Shown here: in pieces, positions 13,001 through 22,706 of the stretch
Numbering within the stretch: position 1 is the stretch's first letter
Layout: the number at the start of each line of letters is the position of its first letter
NCBI GenBank assembly: GCA_001643675.2
Contig: LSRY02000014.1
Coordinates: 620,001-684,000, forward strand
Direction: 5' to 3'
DNA: 64,000 nt
Origin: Monocercomonoides exilis PA203
Taxonomy: Eukaryota > Protista > Preaxostyla
The notes under the pieces: model-generated
What the model was told of the DNA's origin: nothing
Database searches by the model: none
The model's input: only the letters and a program-made list of their open reading frames with translations
Translations under genes and position numbers: made by a program

Positions 13001-16000
13001 GTGAGAAGGTGTATGTGGAGTGCCAAGCAGGGAGCATGCTATTGTCGTATTGTGAAGCAGAGATGGCAGAGAGTGGAGATGAGCTGATGAACACTTTTGC
13101 AAAGGCAAGTGGGGGACTGCTGAAATTTGTGAACTTCAAGATGAGAAACGTTGTCTTTGGAGATATTTCAGCGATTATTGGTGTTGAGAGTGAAGCTGGA
13201 ACAGAGCTGATGATGGAGAATTGCTTGTTTGATTCAGTGGAATTGGGCGGAGGATGTGCTGTGAGTGCGAGCAATGTGAATATGATGAATGCAACAAAAA
13301 GCAATTTCACAAGCATCACTCGTGCAACTGGAGATGGAGGAGGGATGAGTGTGGTCGCGCGTGGAGAGACTGGATTGCATTCTGCACTCATTGAAGAGTG
13401 CATGTTCAATGCTTGCTCAGTGAATGAAAATGGAAAGGGAGGAGGAGGGATGCACTTGCACATTGCAAAGGCGGGTGTTGTGAAAGTGAACAAGTGTTCA
13501 TTTTGCTTATGCACAGCAACAGCTGCACCTGGAAAGGGATTGGGGGGAGGGATTCTGATTGAGGTGGATGATGCTGATGCAAACTTTGTGGTTTCTTTGC
13601 CATCATTTGGCGAAGGCGGAGCGAATAGTGCAGAATATGGAAATGATCTGTTTATGGAATCACCAAATCTGACAGAGAGTGTGATTGAAGAAAGATTTCC
13701 ATTTGGAAAATCCATGCAGTTGTCTGAAGTGGATGGGATGAGAGGCTTTGATGGGGCTGATCGTCTGAATGCCATACCACTTGTGTTCTTGCTGCACAAT
13801 GTGGGAAGCACGATTTCCGCATCCTCGACGAATGGACTGGATGCGGCTGGATGCGGCTTTGTTGAGTATCCGTGCAGAACAGTGGGATATTCGTTCCAGA
13901 GGCAGAAGGAGCAAGAGAAAGATGTGGAGGTTGTGGGTACATTTGAGCTGAACGAGAGTGTTTCTTTGAGCCACGAGAAAGGGTGCTTTGTTCATGGAAA
14001 AAGTGAAATGAGCGAAGTGATTGTGCATGGAAGCGCCTCTGGTGAAACAGGGCTTCTGCATATGAAAGGAAATGTGCAGCCGAATTCTTGTGTGAAGCTG
14101 TTGTTATTTTCTGTTCCCGGATCTGTCCAGGAGCATGAGGCGCTTTTCAGCCAAGAAAGCAAGGGGACAATGAGAATTGAGAATTGCTCATTTCGATCTC
14201 AGAACGAAGGTGCAACACACACATTTTGTATTGTTGTTGCGAGCAATGGAAAGACAGAGCTGGCGTTTGTGACAGTTGACAATATGTGTTTTTCAGGGAG
14301 TCAACTGATGAGGATAGATGGAGCAGCAGCTGTGGATATTGCGAATATGAAATCTGTGAATGCCACAACCTCGTCCGAAACGGGATTGGTGTATGTCTGC
14401 GGAGCAGAAGCTCGACTGAATGTTATGAATTCTGTGTTTGATAATGAAGGGTCAGGAAAGGAATGCAGGATTATCAATTCATGTGGAGCCAAAGGTGTTA
14501 TATTGGAAGAATGTGTGCTTAAATCAGGAATCGTGAGAGGAAAGAACGGATCAGCTGTGTGTTGCGTTGTGGGTGAGGAACAAATATTGAAGATAGTTGG
14601 AGGAAACTTCGAGAGCTGTGAAAGCGCAGGGGGAAATGGAGGAGGAATATTTGTGAAAGTGAAGGCAGGAGGTTTGGCAGAGTTGGGAAGCACTTCATCT
14701 GTGCAGGCTATTGAGTGTTCAGATTGCCATGCAGAAAGTGTGGAGGATAGTGGAGGGCGTGGAGGAGGGATGTATTTATCTGTTGATGATGAGGTGAAAG
14801 CATTCTACATTCAGAATGCGGTGTTTGATGGATGCAGCGCAGCAAGAGGAGGGAATTGGGTGTTTGTGGAAGGCAAAGAGCTAAAGAGGATTGTGAATGG
14901 AACGACAATTGGATTTGAGTTTGAGAAGGCAGTTGAGATTGCGAGGTTGGATGATGTTGGAGGGTGTGAGTTGAGTGCAGTGGAGCAAGTGATCCCGCTG
15001 GCAGTGCTGTTTCGAGGGATGCCAGCTGTGGGATGTGTGGGTGGAAGTGGGATTGATTATGAAGTTTGCGGATTCAAAGATTTTGCATGCAAAACGATAG
15101 AACATGCGGGAAGTGTGCTTTTTGGGAAGAAGAATGCAACATTGAAGCTGCAGAGCTCATTCGTGTTTGAGAAAGATATTATTTTGGATGCACAACCGAT
15201 GGATATTTGCGGAGAAGCGAACGGCACTCTGATCAAAGTGAATGAGGATGAAAATGGGATCGGGAAAGGAATGATTGAAACACAGCAAGATATCAGGTTG
15301 CATGGAATGGTATTTCGGCTGCCGCAATCAGAAGGAGATGGAAGAGAAAAATGGATGATGTGTTGCAGTTCAATGAGTCTGACGATTGAAGAGTGCCACT
15401 TTGTGAATGAAAGTGGTGTTGTTGGGATGGGGATTGTGGCTGTTTCAGGAGGCAGAATGGAAATGACACATTGCAGAATTGAGGGGTGTGTGTTTGTGAA
15501 GGCAGGAGTTATATTGTTTGATGGAAATGAGGCTGAAGGAGTGCTGGATGGTGTTTATATGAGAAATGTGGGAGTCAGCGAAGAAGGGAGTGTTGTGAGA
15601 GCAAAGGCAGGAGGAAATATTGAGATTGCAAACAGCGAATTTCGAGAAAGAAATGAGACAGATGGAAATGTGATCAGAGTGGAAGGAGATATCAGCGTGG
15701 GGATGAGGAACAGCACATTTTCTGGGTTGAAGCGAGGAGCAGGAAATGGAGGAGCGATTGATGGAAAAGTTGGGGAAGCAGAGAGGGTGGAGATTGTGAA
15801 CTGCACATTGGAGCACAATGGATGTGATGCTGGAGGGTCACGAGGTGGAAGTGTGCTTGTGGAAGTGGATGATGGAGGGTATTTTGGATTTGATGAAAAC
15901 ACTGTGAACCGCAGTACAGTTCCATCGGGAAGTGGACTTGGAGGAGGGCTGTATGTGAACTTGTGGGGAACTGGATCAGAATACTCGATGAAGAAGATCG

Positions 16001-19000
16001 TGTTTGATGAGAACGGAGCATTGAAGGGGAAAGATGTGTTTGTGGAGTGCGTTCAACCTCGACTGATGATTGTTGGGGTGCTTTGGAATGGATCTGCGCA
16101 GAACGATACAGCAGAAGATCGGCTGTGGGTGCTTGATCGATTGTCAGAGACCACAGAGGGGGTGACGATGATGGAGTATCTGTTTCCGAGCTCGTCGCGA
16201 TTTGTGTTTGTGAATGGAAATGGGAGCAATTCGACACTGTGCGGGTATCGAGAGCTTCCATGTGAATCTGTTGATTTGGGATTTCAGCTGATGAACACCA
16301 CACATTCCATCATCCAGCTGCAAGCAACAACGCCAGTGAGTGGGCAGATTGATCGAGATGGGGACTCGTTGACCATCCAAGGAGACGAAAGCAAACCATC
16401 GCTTGCGATTGGGGGAGACGCGCAGTTTGTGCTGAGCGGTGGTGAGGCGCTGACACAACTTGTGTTTTCTGATGTGAAGTTTGACCTTTCAGGAGTGAAT
16501 GGAGGTGGAAGTGCTTTCGATTGTGTTGTGGAAGTGTGTGCTGGGCAATGCTCATTTGTTAGTGATATCTTTTGGAGTGGTGGAGAAGAAGGAAATGGAG
16601 CTTGTGAGAAGTGGATTGTTGTTGGAAAAGGGGGCACAGTCAGATTTGATGATTGCGAAGTGAGGAGTGTGAAGTTTATTGGAGAAAGAGGGATCATTCA
16701 GGCGAGAAGTGGGACTGTCATCCTGGCAAGAACACTAATTACAGGATGTTCAGGGAGAGAAGGAAGTGGCCTTGTTGTTGTGTGTGATGGAAGCAGTTGC
16801 ACAGCAGATGGATGCACTGTGAATAACTGCTGGTGCACAGGCGATGGAGGTGGATGGAAAATTGAAACAGGGGGGAGAATGAAGATAACGAATGGGAGCA
16901 CAATTTCTGGTTGCAAGTCAGTGGAAGGAAGGGGAGGAGGAGGGAGCTGTGTTGTGGGCTTGGGAGGAGAGTTAATAATGAAGGGGGTGCGAGTGGAGAG
17001 GTGTTCTGTGGATGAGGGGAAAGGGAGAGGTGGAGGAATATTTATTCAAGTTGAGGGAGCAGATGGAAAAGGGATGAATCTGAGGGAAGTGTGGTTTGGA
17101 GAGAACAAAGGAAAAGAAGGGAAAGATCTGTTTTTGGAATGTGTTGATTTGAACAACACTGCCACACAGGCATCGATTGCTATTGATTTGTTTGATGAAA
17201 ATGGAGTGAGAATTGCAGATATGGCTGGGGTGGATGAAGTGAACTTCAATGAGAGTGTTGATTTGATGTTGTTCCTTGTGGAGCGTCGAGCGAGTGTGGT
17301 GGTTGTGGACGGAGGAAAGGGAATTGATGTGAATGGATGTGGAAGCGAGGCTTTTCCTTGCAAATCGATCTGGAGTGGAGTGGGGCACTTTGACGATTCA
17401 GCCGAGAGATGCTTGCGGATTGTGAATGTTGGGAACATCGAAGACTGTTATGAGTTTCTGGAGGAAACAAGTTTTGTTGGAGTGACTGGAGGAGAACGAG
17501 AGAAAGTGACTTTGGAAATTCAAGGAAATCCAAAGAGAGATAGAGTGTTTGAAGCAGTATTGACAGCATGTGCAAGTCTGACAATTGGCGAGATTTCATT
17601 GGAATTGCCAAACAAAATGGAAAACGAATTGAAAGTGGCAATCATCTCAAAAGCAGGAACGCTAACTTTTGAAAGCTGTCAAATTGTGTGTGAAGCCGAA
17701 ATGAAGTTTGGAGTGATTGAAGCAAGCGGCAATGGAGTGGAATTGATAAATTGTCAGATGGAGTCTTCGAGTTTCTCGGTTGTTCCGTTCATTCTTCTTA
17801 CAAGAGCAGTGATTGAAGGATGCAACTTCACTGGAATCAAGACAGAAGTTGGAAAGAAAGGAGGAGTGGCTGAGATTGAAGTTGGAAGGGAAGGGAATGT
17901 TGGTGTGAATAGATCGCGGCTGATGAAGTGCGGATGCAGTGTTGAAGACGGAAAAGGGGGATTTGCTTTCCTGAATACCACAAACACAGATGAAAGTCCG
18001 CGATTTGTGTTTGAAGGACTGGTGTTTGATAAGAATGAAGCATGGTTGGGAAAGAATATGTTTATTGTTGATTGTGATCTCAACGAGTCAGTGAATCAGG
18101 ATGGATTCATATTCAATTATGGGAGTGGAGAAGGAGACACAGATGGGAACATGTTTGTGGGGAGTGATGGCAAGTTTGTTGAAACGGATTTGCTTAGATT
18201 TTTGGTTTCCTATGAGGGATGTGAAGTGTATGTGGGAAAAGAAGGTTTTGATGTGGCAAGGTGTGGAAGAAAAGAAGAGCCATGCAATTCGTTTTGGAAA
18301 GGGATGGAACAACTGAAAAGCGAAGGGGAATCTCGTTTCATGTTCGTTTCTGGAGAAACAGTTATTCGGGATGAGTATGATTTGGAAGAATTTGAAATGA
18401 AATCGGATGGGAAGAGAGACGAGTCAAAGAAGAGCAGAGTGGTATTTGAAAAGAAAGCAAGTGTGGGAGAATTGTGGTTTATCAGAAGTCATGGTGGGGT
18501 GCTTGTGGAAGATATATGCTTTGAGCAGGCAGAAGCGTTTGAAGATCACGTGAAAGCTCTTATTTGGAACGAAGGAGGTCTGTTGAACCTCAGCGACTGC
18601 TCATTTGTTTCAGCTGTGAAAGATAAGAGCGAGTTTTCCTGCTCGCTTGTGTTTGCAAAGCAAGGGGTGCTGATTGTGCAGTTGTTCAGGATGGAGTCGA
18701 GGAGCATTGGCAACAGTGTGTTCACTGTTGGGGATGAGACCACATGTGTGATTGAGAAAGCAACTATTTCCGGAGTGAACATGAATTGTGATGCAATTGT
18801 GAAGATTGTTGGAGAGGAACATGCACTTGGAAGATTCGAAACAAATCTTGTTGGAAGCGTTGAACTCAAGGATTGCATTCTGGATGGCGTTCAAGGAAGG
18901 AGCGATCGGTGCAGCATCATGCGAACAGACACAGGAAAGGGAGTGATGATGAAGGTGAATGGAAGCGTTGCAAGCGACTGTAGAGCAAAGCAAAGCTTGC

Positions 19001-22000
19001 GAGGAGGAGTTATGGAGCTGTGGATTAATGGAGGTGGAAGGATGAACATGGTGAACAGCAGTGTTGTTCGGTGCAGCTGTTCAGACACCGGCAAGGGAGG
19101 AGGGGTGTATGTGGGGAGCAACGAGACAGGAATGTTGGATTTTGAGTTCAGGACGATGGTGTTTGTGGCGAATACAGCAGGGGTTGGGTGTGATATTTTT
19201 GTTCAGTGTTTCAGCATATCGTCGCAGATCAATGAAACGCAATTTCGATTTGACCTCAGGAAGATCTCGGATCAAGAAAAAGGGATTTGTGGGATAGACA
19301 GCACAGAGCACAAGACAGACACGAATCTTCTGGATTTCATCACTGTATATCTTTCGGATACAATATATGTTTGCTCAGAGCGATCCAGCGGAGGGAAGAA
19401 TGATCGCCAATGCGGTGCGCCCTTGCTTCCGTGTGCCACGATTGATTATGCGTTGGATCATTTGACAGGGGAATATGTGAGTGAAATGTATGTTGTGGAG
19501 CAGGCAAATCTCGAAGGTGAAGCGGAGCTGAATGAGATGGAACTCTCATCGCGACTGAGAAATCCATGTGTTGTTAATGTTGGCGCATCCATCAATGGAA
19601 CAAGCGACTGCATTATTCAGACAACCAACAATGTTGCCATAAGTCGAGTGTGCTTTGGGTATTGTTCGACTTCAAGCGATTCGCACTCGTCATTCCTATG
19701 TGTGAAGAGTGGTCTTTCAACATTGGGCAGTTGCTCATTTCGAAGCAGCTCAATGATTTCAGAAAGAGTTTTTGTTGGATATCACATTATTCGAGTGGTC
19801 GACGGAGGTTGCTTGCTGGAACGATGCTCTGTGTCTGAATTGCATCTCACAGTGAGCGCTATCAATGGGGAATCTGATTCAATCAGCATTATTTCGAGTG
19901 TGTTCAGAGATGTTTCATTTGAAGAGCCTGTCATATCATTAACATCAAAAGTGTTGTTGGAATCGAAGGATGAAAAAAGGATATCGCTGCTTCAAAGTGT
20001 GAGGGTTGAAAATATCACTCAGCAAAGTGATAAAGTGCCGTTGGAATTCAGTGAGTTAATTCATCAATTGGAGCTGTCAAATTGCTCAGTGAGCATCGCC
20101 ATCACTAAAGGGAATGGTTCTTGCGCAATGGATATCAATAAATGCACAAGCGCTTCAATGGATTTGTGTTTGTTTGATGGGTTGAGAAACAAAGATGGAA
20201 AAGAGAAGGATGAAAACACTGACCTGGAGGGAATATGCAAATGGAATGAGTCGCTGATTCGTCTGAGTGATTCAAATGTAATGATGAAGGATACGAGTGT
20301 CGTTAACTCTTCCATTGGTGGTCTTTCTATTTGTGGAGGAAGCGTGACAATAGAAGCAGGGAATTTCACGAACAACAACCCATCAATTGAAGGATATCCA
20401 TCACTGAGAAGAAATATCATTTGCTCAGATTCAGGGGTGTTGAATGTGATGAGTTTGAAAGGAGGAGATGGATGGAAGGATAATTCTTCACTTTGGATAT
20501 TGAATGAAGGATGCGAGTTGAGCGGGATGATGGAGGAGAGAGCATCACCACTATTCATCCCAGTTGTGGAAGAGGCGAGGAATGAGACGGCATCTGAGGG
20601 AAGAACAATCATCACGCTGAGTGGGAGACTTCTTCTGCCATGTGATGTTTGGTTGAAGTTGAGCTTCAGGAATGGAAGGGAAGAGGTGGTTGAGAGCTAT
20701 GGGATTGGAGAAAAGGAAAGTGTGTCAGAGAACGAAATTGTTGCAGTTGTTTCATCGGTTCAGATGGGAGCAGTGGGAGCAGAGACAGAAGTGAGTGTGA
20801 GTCTTCTGTTTGGAAAGATTGATTCGCCTTCATCGACTGATTCGTTTATCCTGAAGAACAGAAGCGAAACCGAAGGAAAAGGAGATGGCAGAATTGTTGA
20901 AGGAGGGAAAGAAGGAAAATTCTCATGGGCATTAATTGTGTGCATTGCGATTGTAGTAATACTGTTAATTATATCCATTATATTCATTGTCCGGTGGAAG
21001 AAGGTGAAGAATGAAGCAGAAGATCTCAGAGAGATTGTGAATGATAATATCAGAAAAGATCCGAAGGCATTTGAGATGGTGACGATGGAGATGTCTCCAG
21101 AGGAGCAGTGGAGGAGAGTGGCAGGGGATGTCGAGAAGAAGAACGATGAGAGGATCAAAAAGAGGGTGTATGAGAAAAGCTTGGGACACTCAGAGTCATC
21201 AGAGCATTTGCTGAGTGAGAGTGGCTCCACTGAATATATTCTTGGAAGAGACTCTGACAAGATTCCAGAATGGGCATTGGAGAAGGTTGAGGAAGAAGAG
21301 ATAAGAAAGAGATCACCATCGCCATCAATGTCTTCGACATGTTCAACTGATTCAGATTCAACATTTGTTCGCATGGAAGATGCTTGTCCAACCACATCAT
21401 CGATGTCGAATCTGGTGGATGCTATGGCATGCTCGTCTCCACATGAAAAATTGATTGTGGATCTGAGGGATTCATTGTTCATGCTGCTTCATGGAAGGAA
21501 TGAGAAGAAGGAAATGGCAATTGGGAGTCTTCAGGAAAGAGAGCAAACAGCTGCACAGATCCTGTTCTGGGTGGCCAATCTGGCACTCCATTCATTTGAT
21601 GAAATGGAGAATCCTCTCTCATCTCTCACCAATCTCAGTCCCCACATTGTGTTATTTTCCGAGCACATGGTGATCTGCATTGCCTTGCACTCTGATTGTT
21701 CATCTTCAGATGATTCAGAGTCATCGTCAATCTCTTCATTAACTGTTGTTTCTTCGTCCTCCAATATTTCGGTGATGAGTGAGAGATTCACAAACTCGCC
21801 TCCGCCTTCGTCTGCCTTTGAGGATGATGATGATCTCAGGAAGGAGTGCTTGCGGTGGAAGGCGCCTGAGCTGCTGATGAGCAAGAAGATGGGAGCAACA
21901 AAGGAATCAGTTGTGTTCTCGATTGGGATAATGCTGTGGGAGTGTCTGACGCTGGAGATCCCGTTTGGGGAGTATGCCGCAGAGGTGGCGGGGCAGAAGA

Positions 22001-22239
22001 TTGTGAATGGGGAGAAGCCGGATGTAAGCAAGGTGGGAGGGAGCAGCTTGGCGGGTGTGGTGAAGGGGTGCCTGTCGCAAGACTGGGGGCAGCGGCCGAG
22101 TGTGAACGAGCTGAAGCGGGAGTTTATTGTGCGGTTTCCGAAAGGGGCAGCAATCATGACGATGACAGACGCGATCTGTGTTCTGGAAGAGTCCGTGGCT
22201 GGGCTGAACAGAAGCATGATGAGCGAGTCGGAGGAGTGA
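10003..22239 (+). CDS. Giant type-I membrane receptor A (~4078 aa): signal peptide, 8 Cys-capped beta-helix-like repeat modules, TM helix, TKL-type pseudokinase
   Basis: Single 12.2-kb ORF; first ATG at 10003 is followed by hydrophobic MIIVLFYLILMSCS. Eight Gx(D/N)xxxCGxxxxxCx(T/S) motifs, plus recurring GGG/GGA(I/M/V) and FxxNxAxxGxD(L/V)F motifs. TM WALIVCIAIVVILLIISIIFIV (~20926-20991) is followed by RWKK. C-lobe motifs LRWKAPELL, VFSIGIMLWECLTLEIPF, QRPS. Confidence 0.9.
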   Translation: MIIVLFYLILMSCSTESPKSDCQGQNSIKTENIDCFEKQSHVNPFLSNSIKYKCGIDGSSFAKEVGKTKGNYHQKLTYSQITSLLGLTNTSLTTQKIHFDQSSVHSIIDAGRQSLVFIDQCAIAISCCSESNMFRSSASTFLIKNLTLLSLVPMECVSALVGPGNRLPVETQENDVNILESSFMSFTLTEIPFVSSVPSSIIAIVHSDFVNVTATGPRDFRTAGDKCCCLAIIHSCSFTEVDNVLDGEIVSSINGPSAMDAFNTSFARCRKTGNDLKIEGNVTMKKQDLGERNDILQFIACEWHNTSSAFTNESVSDSNTEYSGGAIGIYGGDSCSVIVEDCLFDTCTCQRYGGAIMVYCGKSVQWKGNVFEKCKSHNYGGITLLFNIKKCTFIEDCVCRNTSARAYGGGLRIQACRSTGCEEDGPIVSRCYFDTCECETSVGGAIMYYDLSFTMKTSECTFKNSKGFFGGGIYFNITKKVIINYQMIAFSFFHNNLANGKMGNDVFINDSFSVIGENFILCVSSFSTRAEGNRVYHSALGEKNSWLPNGILERFVRKDGVDKDLCGIDEGSACQSIEYAVESFSDSGEQRLKLLESVFSPKRGVSRPLRDIVVRGVAQEQCVIKTGNLPGQFLFEVSRGSLLGSNFSVEHSAAKQDMTLFAVSSVGKMKLNRMKLFASEDHESGLPFTSPLIICSGDGTLNVDELQISGYFLSNCSVFNSLVGGIELKNVMVENLQRLHGNGSVASEVVGSGKMVDLNNVSLNNCSCQEGDGGGFCIRVKRGGSLRVGNWSKTALKQCSVADEETKKGKGGGMMICVEDGGGDIILGDVQFSGCSGWWGRNLFVEARELSRVVSSTSVLFGTTKMEDKDMMGMEDGCGEEAVPLLAYFAVFRGSGYVGGSGMRDFSGCGTKDYPCRTIGKAVRLRFGEGKRAIVVQEGFVWKEETVMGNEEWELKSVRERTAVRVECPEMLGGKAVIVSQMKTSMTNIRFQLAPFQGSSEKVYVECQAGSMLLSYCEAEMAESGDELMNTFAKASGGLLKFVNFKMRNVVFGDISAIIGVESEAGTELMMENCLFDSVELGGGCAVSASNVNMMNATKSNFTSITRATGDGGGMSVVARGETGLHSALIEECMFNACSVNENGKGGGGMHLHIAKAGVVKVNKCSFCLCTATAAPGKGLGGGILIEVDDADANFVVSLPSFGEGGANSAEYGNDLFMESPNLTESVIEERFPFGKSMQLSEVDGMRGFDGADRLNAIPLVFLLHNVGSTISASSTNGLDAAGCGFVEYPCRTVGYSFQRQKEQEKDVEVVGTFELNESVSLSHEKGCFVHGKSEMSEVIVHGSASGETGLLHMKGNVQPNSCVKLLLFSVPGSVQEHEALFSQESKGTMRIENCSFRSQNEGATHTFCIVVASNGKTELAFVTVDNMCFSGSQLMRIDGAAAVDIANMKSVNATTSSETGLVYVCGAEARLNVMNSVFDNEGSGKECRIINSCGAKGVILEECVLKSGIVRGKNGSAVCCVVGEEQILKIVGGNFESCESAGGNGGGIFVKVKAGGLAELGSTSSVQAIECSDCHAESVEDSGGRGGGMYLSVDDEVKAFYIQNAVFDGCSAARGGNWVFVEGKELKRIVNGTTIGFEFEKAVEIARLDDVGGCELSAVEQVIPLAVLFRGMPAVGCVGGSGIDYEVCGFKDFACKTIEHAGSVLFGKKNATLKLQSSFVFEKDIILDAQPMDICGEANGTLIKVNEDENGIGKGMIETQQDIRLHGMVFRLPQSEGDGREKWMMCCSSMSLTIEECHFVNESGVVGMGIVAVSGGRMEMTHCRIEGCVFVKAGVILFDGNEAEGVLDGVYMRNVGVSEEGSVVRAKAGGNIEIANSEFRERNETDGNVIRVEGDISVGMRNSTFSGLKRGAGNGGAIDGKVGEAERVEIVNCTLEHNGCDAGGSRGGSVLVEVDDGGYFGFDENTVNRSTVPSGSGLGGGLYVNLWGTGSEYSMKKIVFDENGALKGKDVFVECVQPRLMIVGVLWNGSAQNDTAEDRLWVLDRLSETTEGVTMMEYLFPSSSRFVFVNGNGSNSTLCGYRELPCESVDLGFQLMNTTHSIIQLQATTPVSGQIDRDGDSLTIQGDESKPSLAIGGDAQFVLSGGEALTQLVFSDVKFDLSGVNGGGSAFDCVVEVCAGQCSFVSDIFWSGGEEGNGACEKWIVVGKGGTVRFDDCEVRSVKFIGERGIIQARSGTVILARTLITGCSGREGSGLVVVCDGSSCTADGCTVNNCWCTGDGGGWKIETGGRMKITNGSTISGCKSVEGRGGGGSCVVGLGGELIMKGVRVERCSVDEGKGRGGGIFIQVEGADGKGMNLREVWFGENKGKEGKDLFLECVDLNNTATQASIAIDLFDENGVRIADMAGVDEVNFNESVDLMLFLVERRASVVVVDGGKGIDVNGCGSEAFPCKSIWSGVGHFDDSAERCLRIVNVGNIEDCYEFLEETSFVGVTGGEREKVTLEIQGNPKRDRVFEAVLTACASLTIGEISLELPNKMENELKVAIISKAGTLTFESCQIVCEAEMKFGVIEASGNGVELINCQMESSSFSVVPFILLTRAVIEGCNFTGIKTEVGKKGGVAEIEVGREGNVGVNRSRLMKCGCSVEDGKGGFAFLNTTNTDESPRFVFEGLVFDKNEAWLGKNMFIVDCDLNESVNQDGFIFNYGSGEGDTDGNMFVGSDGKFVETDLLRFLVSYEGCEVYVGKEGFDVARCGRKEEPCNSFWKGMEQLKSEGESRFMFVSGETVIRDEYDLEEFEMKSDGKRDESKKSRVVFEKKASVGELWFIRSHGGVLVEDICFEQAEAFEDHVKALIWNEGGLLNLSDCSFVSAVKDKSEFSCSLVFAKQGVLIVQLFRMESRSIGNSVFTVGDETTCVIEKATISGVNMNCDAIVKIVGEEHALGRFETNLVGSVELKDCILDGVQGRSDRCSIMRTDTGKGVMMKVNGSVASDCRAKQSLRGGVMELWINGGGRMNMVNSSVVRCSCSDTGKGGGVYVGSNETGMLDFEFRTMVFVANTAGVGCDIFVQCFSISSQINETQFRFDLRKISDQEKGICGIDSTEHKTDTNLLDFITVYLSDTIYVCSERSSGGKNDRQCGAPLLPCATIDYALDHLTGEYVSEMYVVEQANLEGEAELNEMELSSRLRNPCVVNVGASINGTSDCIIQTTNNVAISRVCFGYCSTSSDSHSSFLCVKSGLSTLGSCSFRSSSMISERVFVGYHIIRVVDGGCLLERCSVSELHLTVSAINGESDSISIISSVFRDVSFEEPVISLTSKVLLESKDEKRISLLQSVRVENITQQSDKVPLEFSELIHQLELSNCSVSIAITKGNGSCAMDINKCTSASMDLCLFDGLRNKDGKEKDENTDLEGICKWNESLIRLSDSNVMMKDTSVVNSSIGGLSICGGSVTIEAGNFTNNNPSIEGYPSLRRNIICSDSGVLNVMSLKGGDGWKDNSSLWILNEGCELSGMMEERASPLFIPVVEEARNETASEGRTIITLSGRLLLPCDVWLKLSFRNGREEVVESYGIGEKESVSENEIVAVVSSVQMGAVGAETEVSVSLLFGKIDSPSSTDSFILKNRSETEGKGDGRIVEGGKEGKFSWALIVCIAIVVILLIISIIFIVRWKKVKNEAEDLREIVNDNIRKDPKAFEMVTMEMSPEEQWRRVAGDVEKKNDERIKKRVYEKSLGHSESSEHLLSESGSTEYILGRDSDKIPEWALEKVEEEEIRKRSPSPSMSSTCSTDSDSTFVRMEDACPTTSSMSNLVDAMACSSPHEKLIVDLRDSLFMLLHGRNEKKEMAIGSLQEREQTAAQILFWVANLALHSFDEMENPLSSLTNLSPHIVLFSEHMVICIALHSDCSSSDDSESSSISSLTVVSSSSNISVMSERFTNSPPPSSAFEDDDDLRKECLRWKAPELLMSKKMGATKESVVFSIGIMLWECLTLEIPFGEYAAEVAGQKIVNGEKPDVSKVGGSSLAGVVKGCLSQDWGQRPSVNELKREFIVRFPKGAAIMTMTDAICVLEESVAGLNRSMMSESEE

Positions 22240-22706
22240 GAAGATGTGGATTGGAAGTTGGCAAGCAGGAGAGCAGAGGAGCAGGAGAGCAATGAAAATG
22301 AGACAATGAAGACAATGTTAGGTGTTCTTGCCATTCACAACAACATCCTCTCCAAAAATAGTGCATGTTGATGCATTAGGCAGGAGGAATGCAAAAGGAG
22401 GATGATTGAAAGGGAAATGGCTGTTGGAGCAGAAGCCTTTGAGAGGAATGGGCATGGTGAAAGGAGGAGAGATGAAGTGATGCACCTCTTCAAAAAAAGA
22501 GTCAGAATGAAAAGATGAGCTGGATTTGCTTGAAGGAAGCGAGCCAACATTGTGGAATGGAGTTGTGGAACGGGGTTGAGGAGAGTTTTATTTTTCTGTC
22601 AGATTTTCAACACCAATTATTTTATTGTTTATTTATTTTTCGTTTTTGTTTGCTTTTCAAAGTTTGTTGTGAAGCAGCATGATTTGCGAGTTGTGCTGCC
22701 TGTTTG
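20395..22706 (+). repeat. Left arm (2312 bp) of a near-perfect inverted repeat
   Basis: Reverse complement of 23612-25922. The ORF track gives identical translations in both arms (e.g. 21531..22334- and 23984..24787+). Confidence 0.97.
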
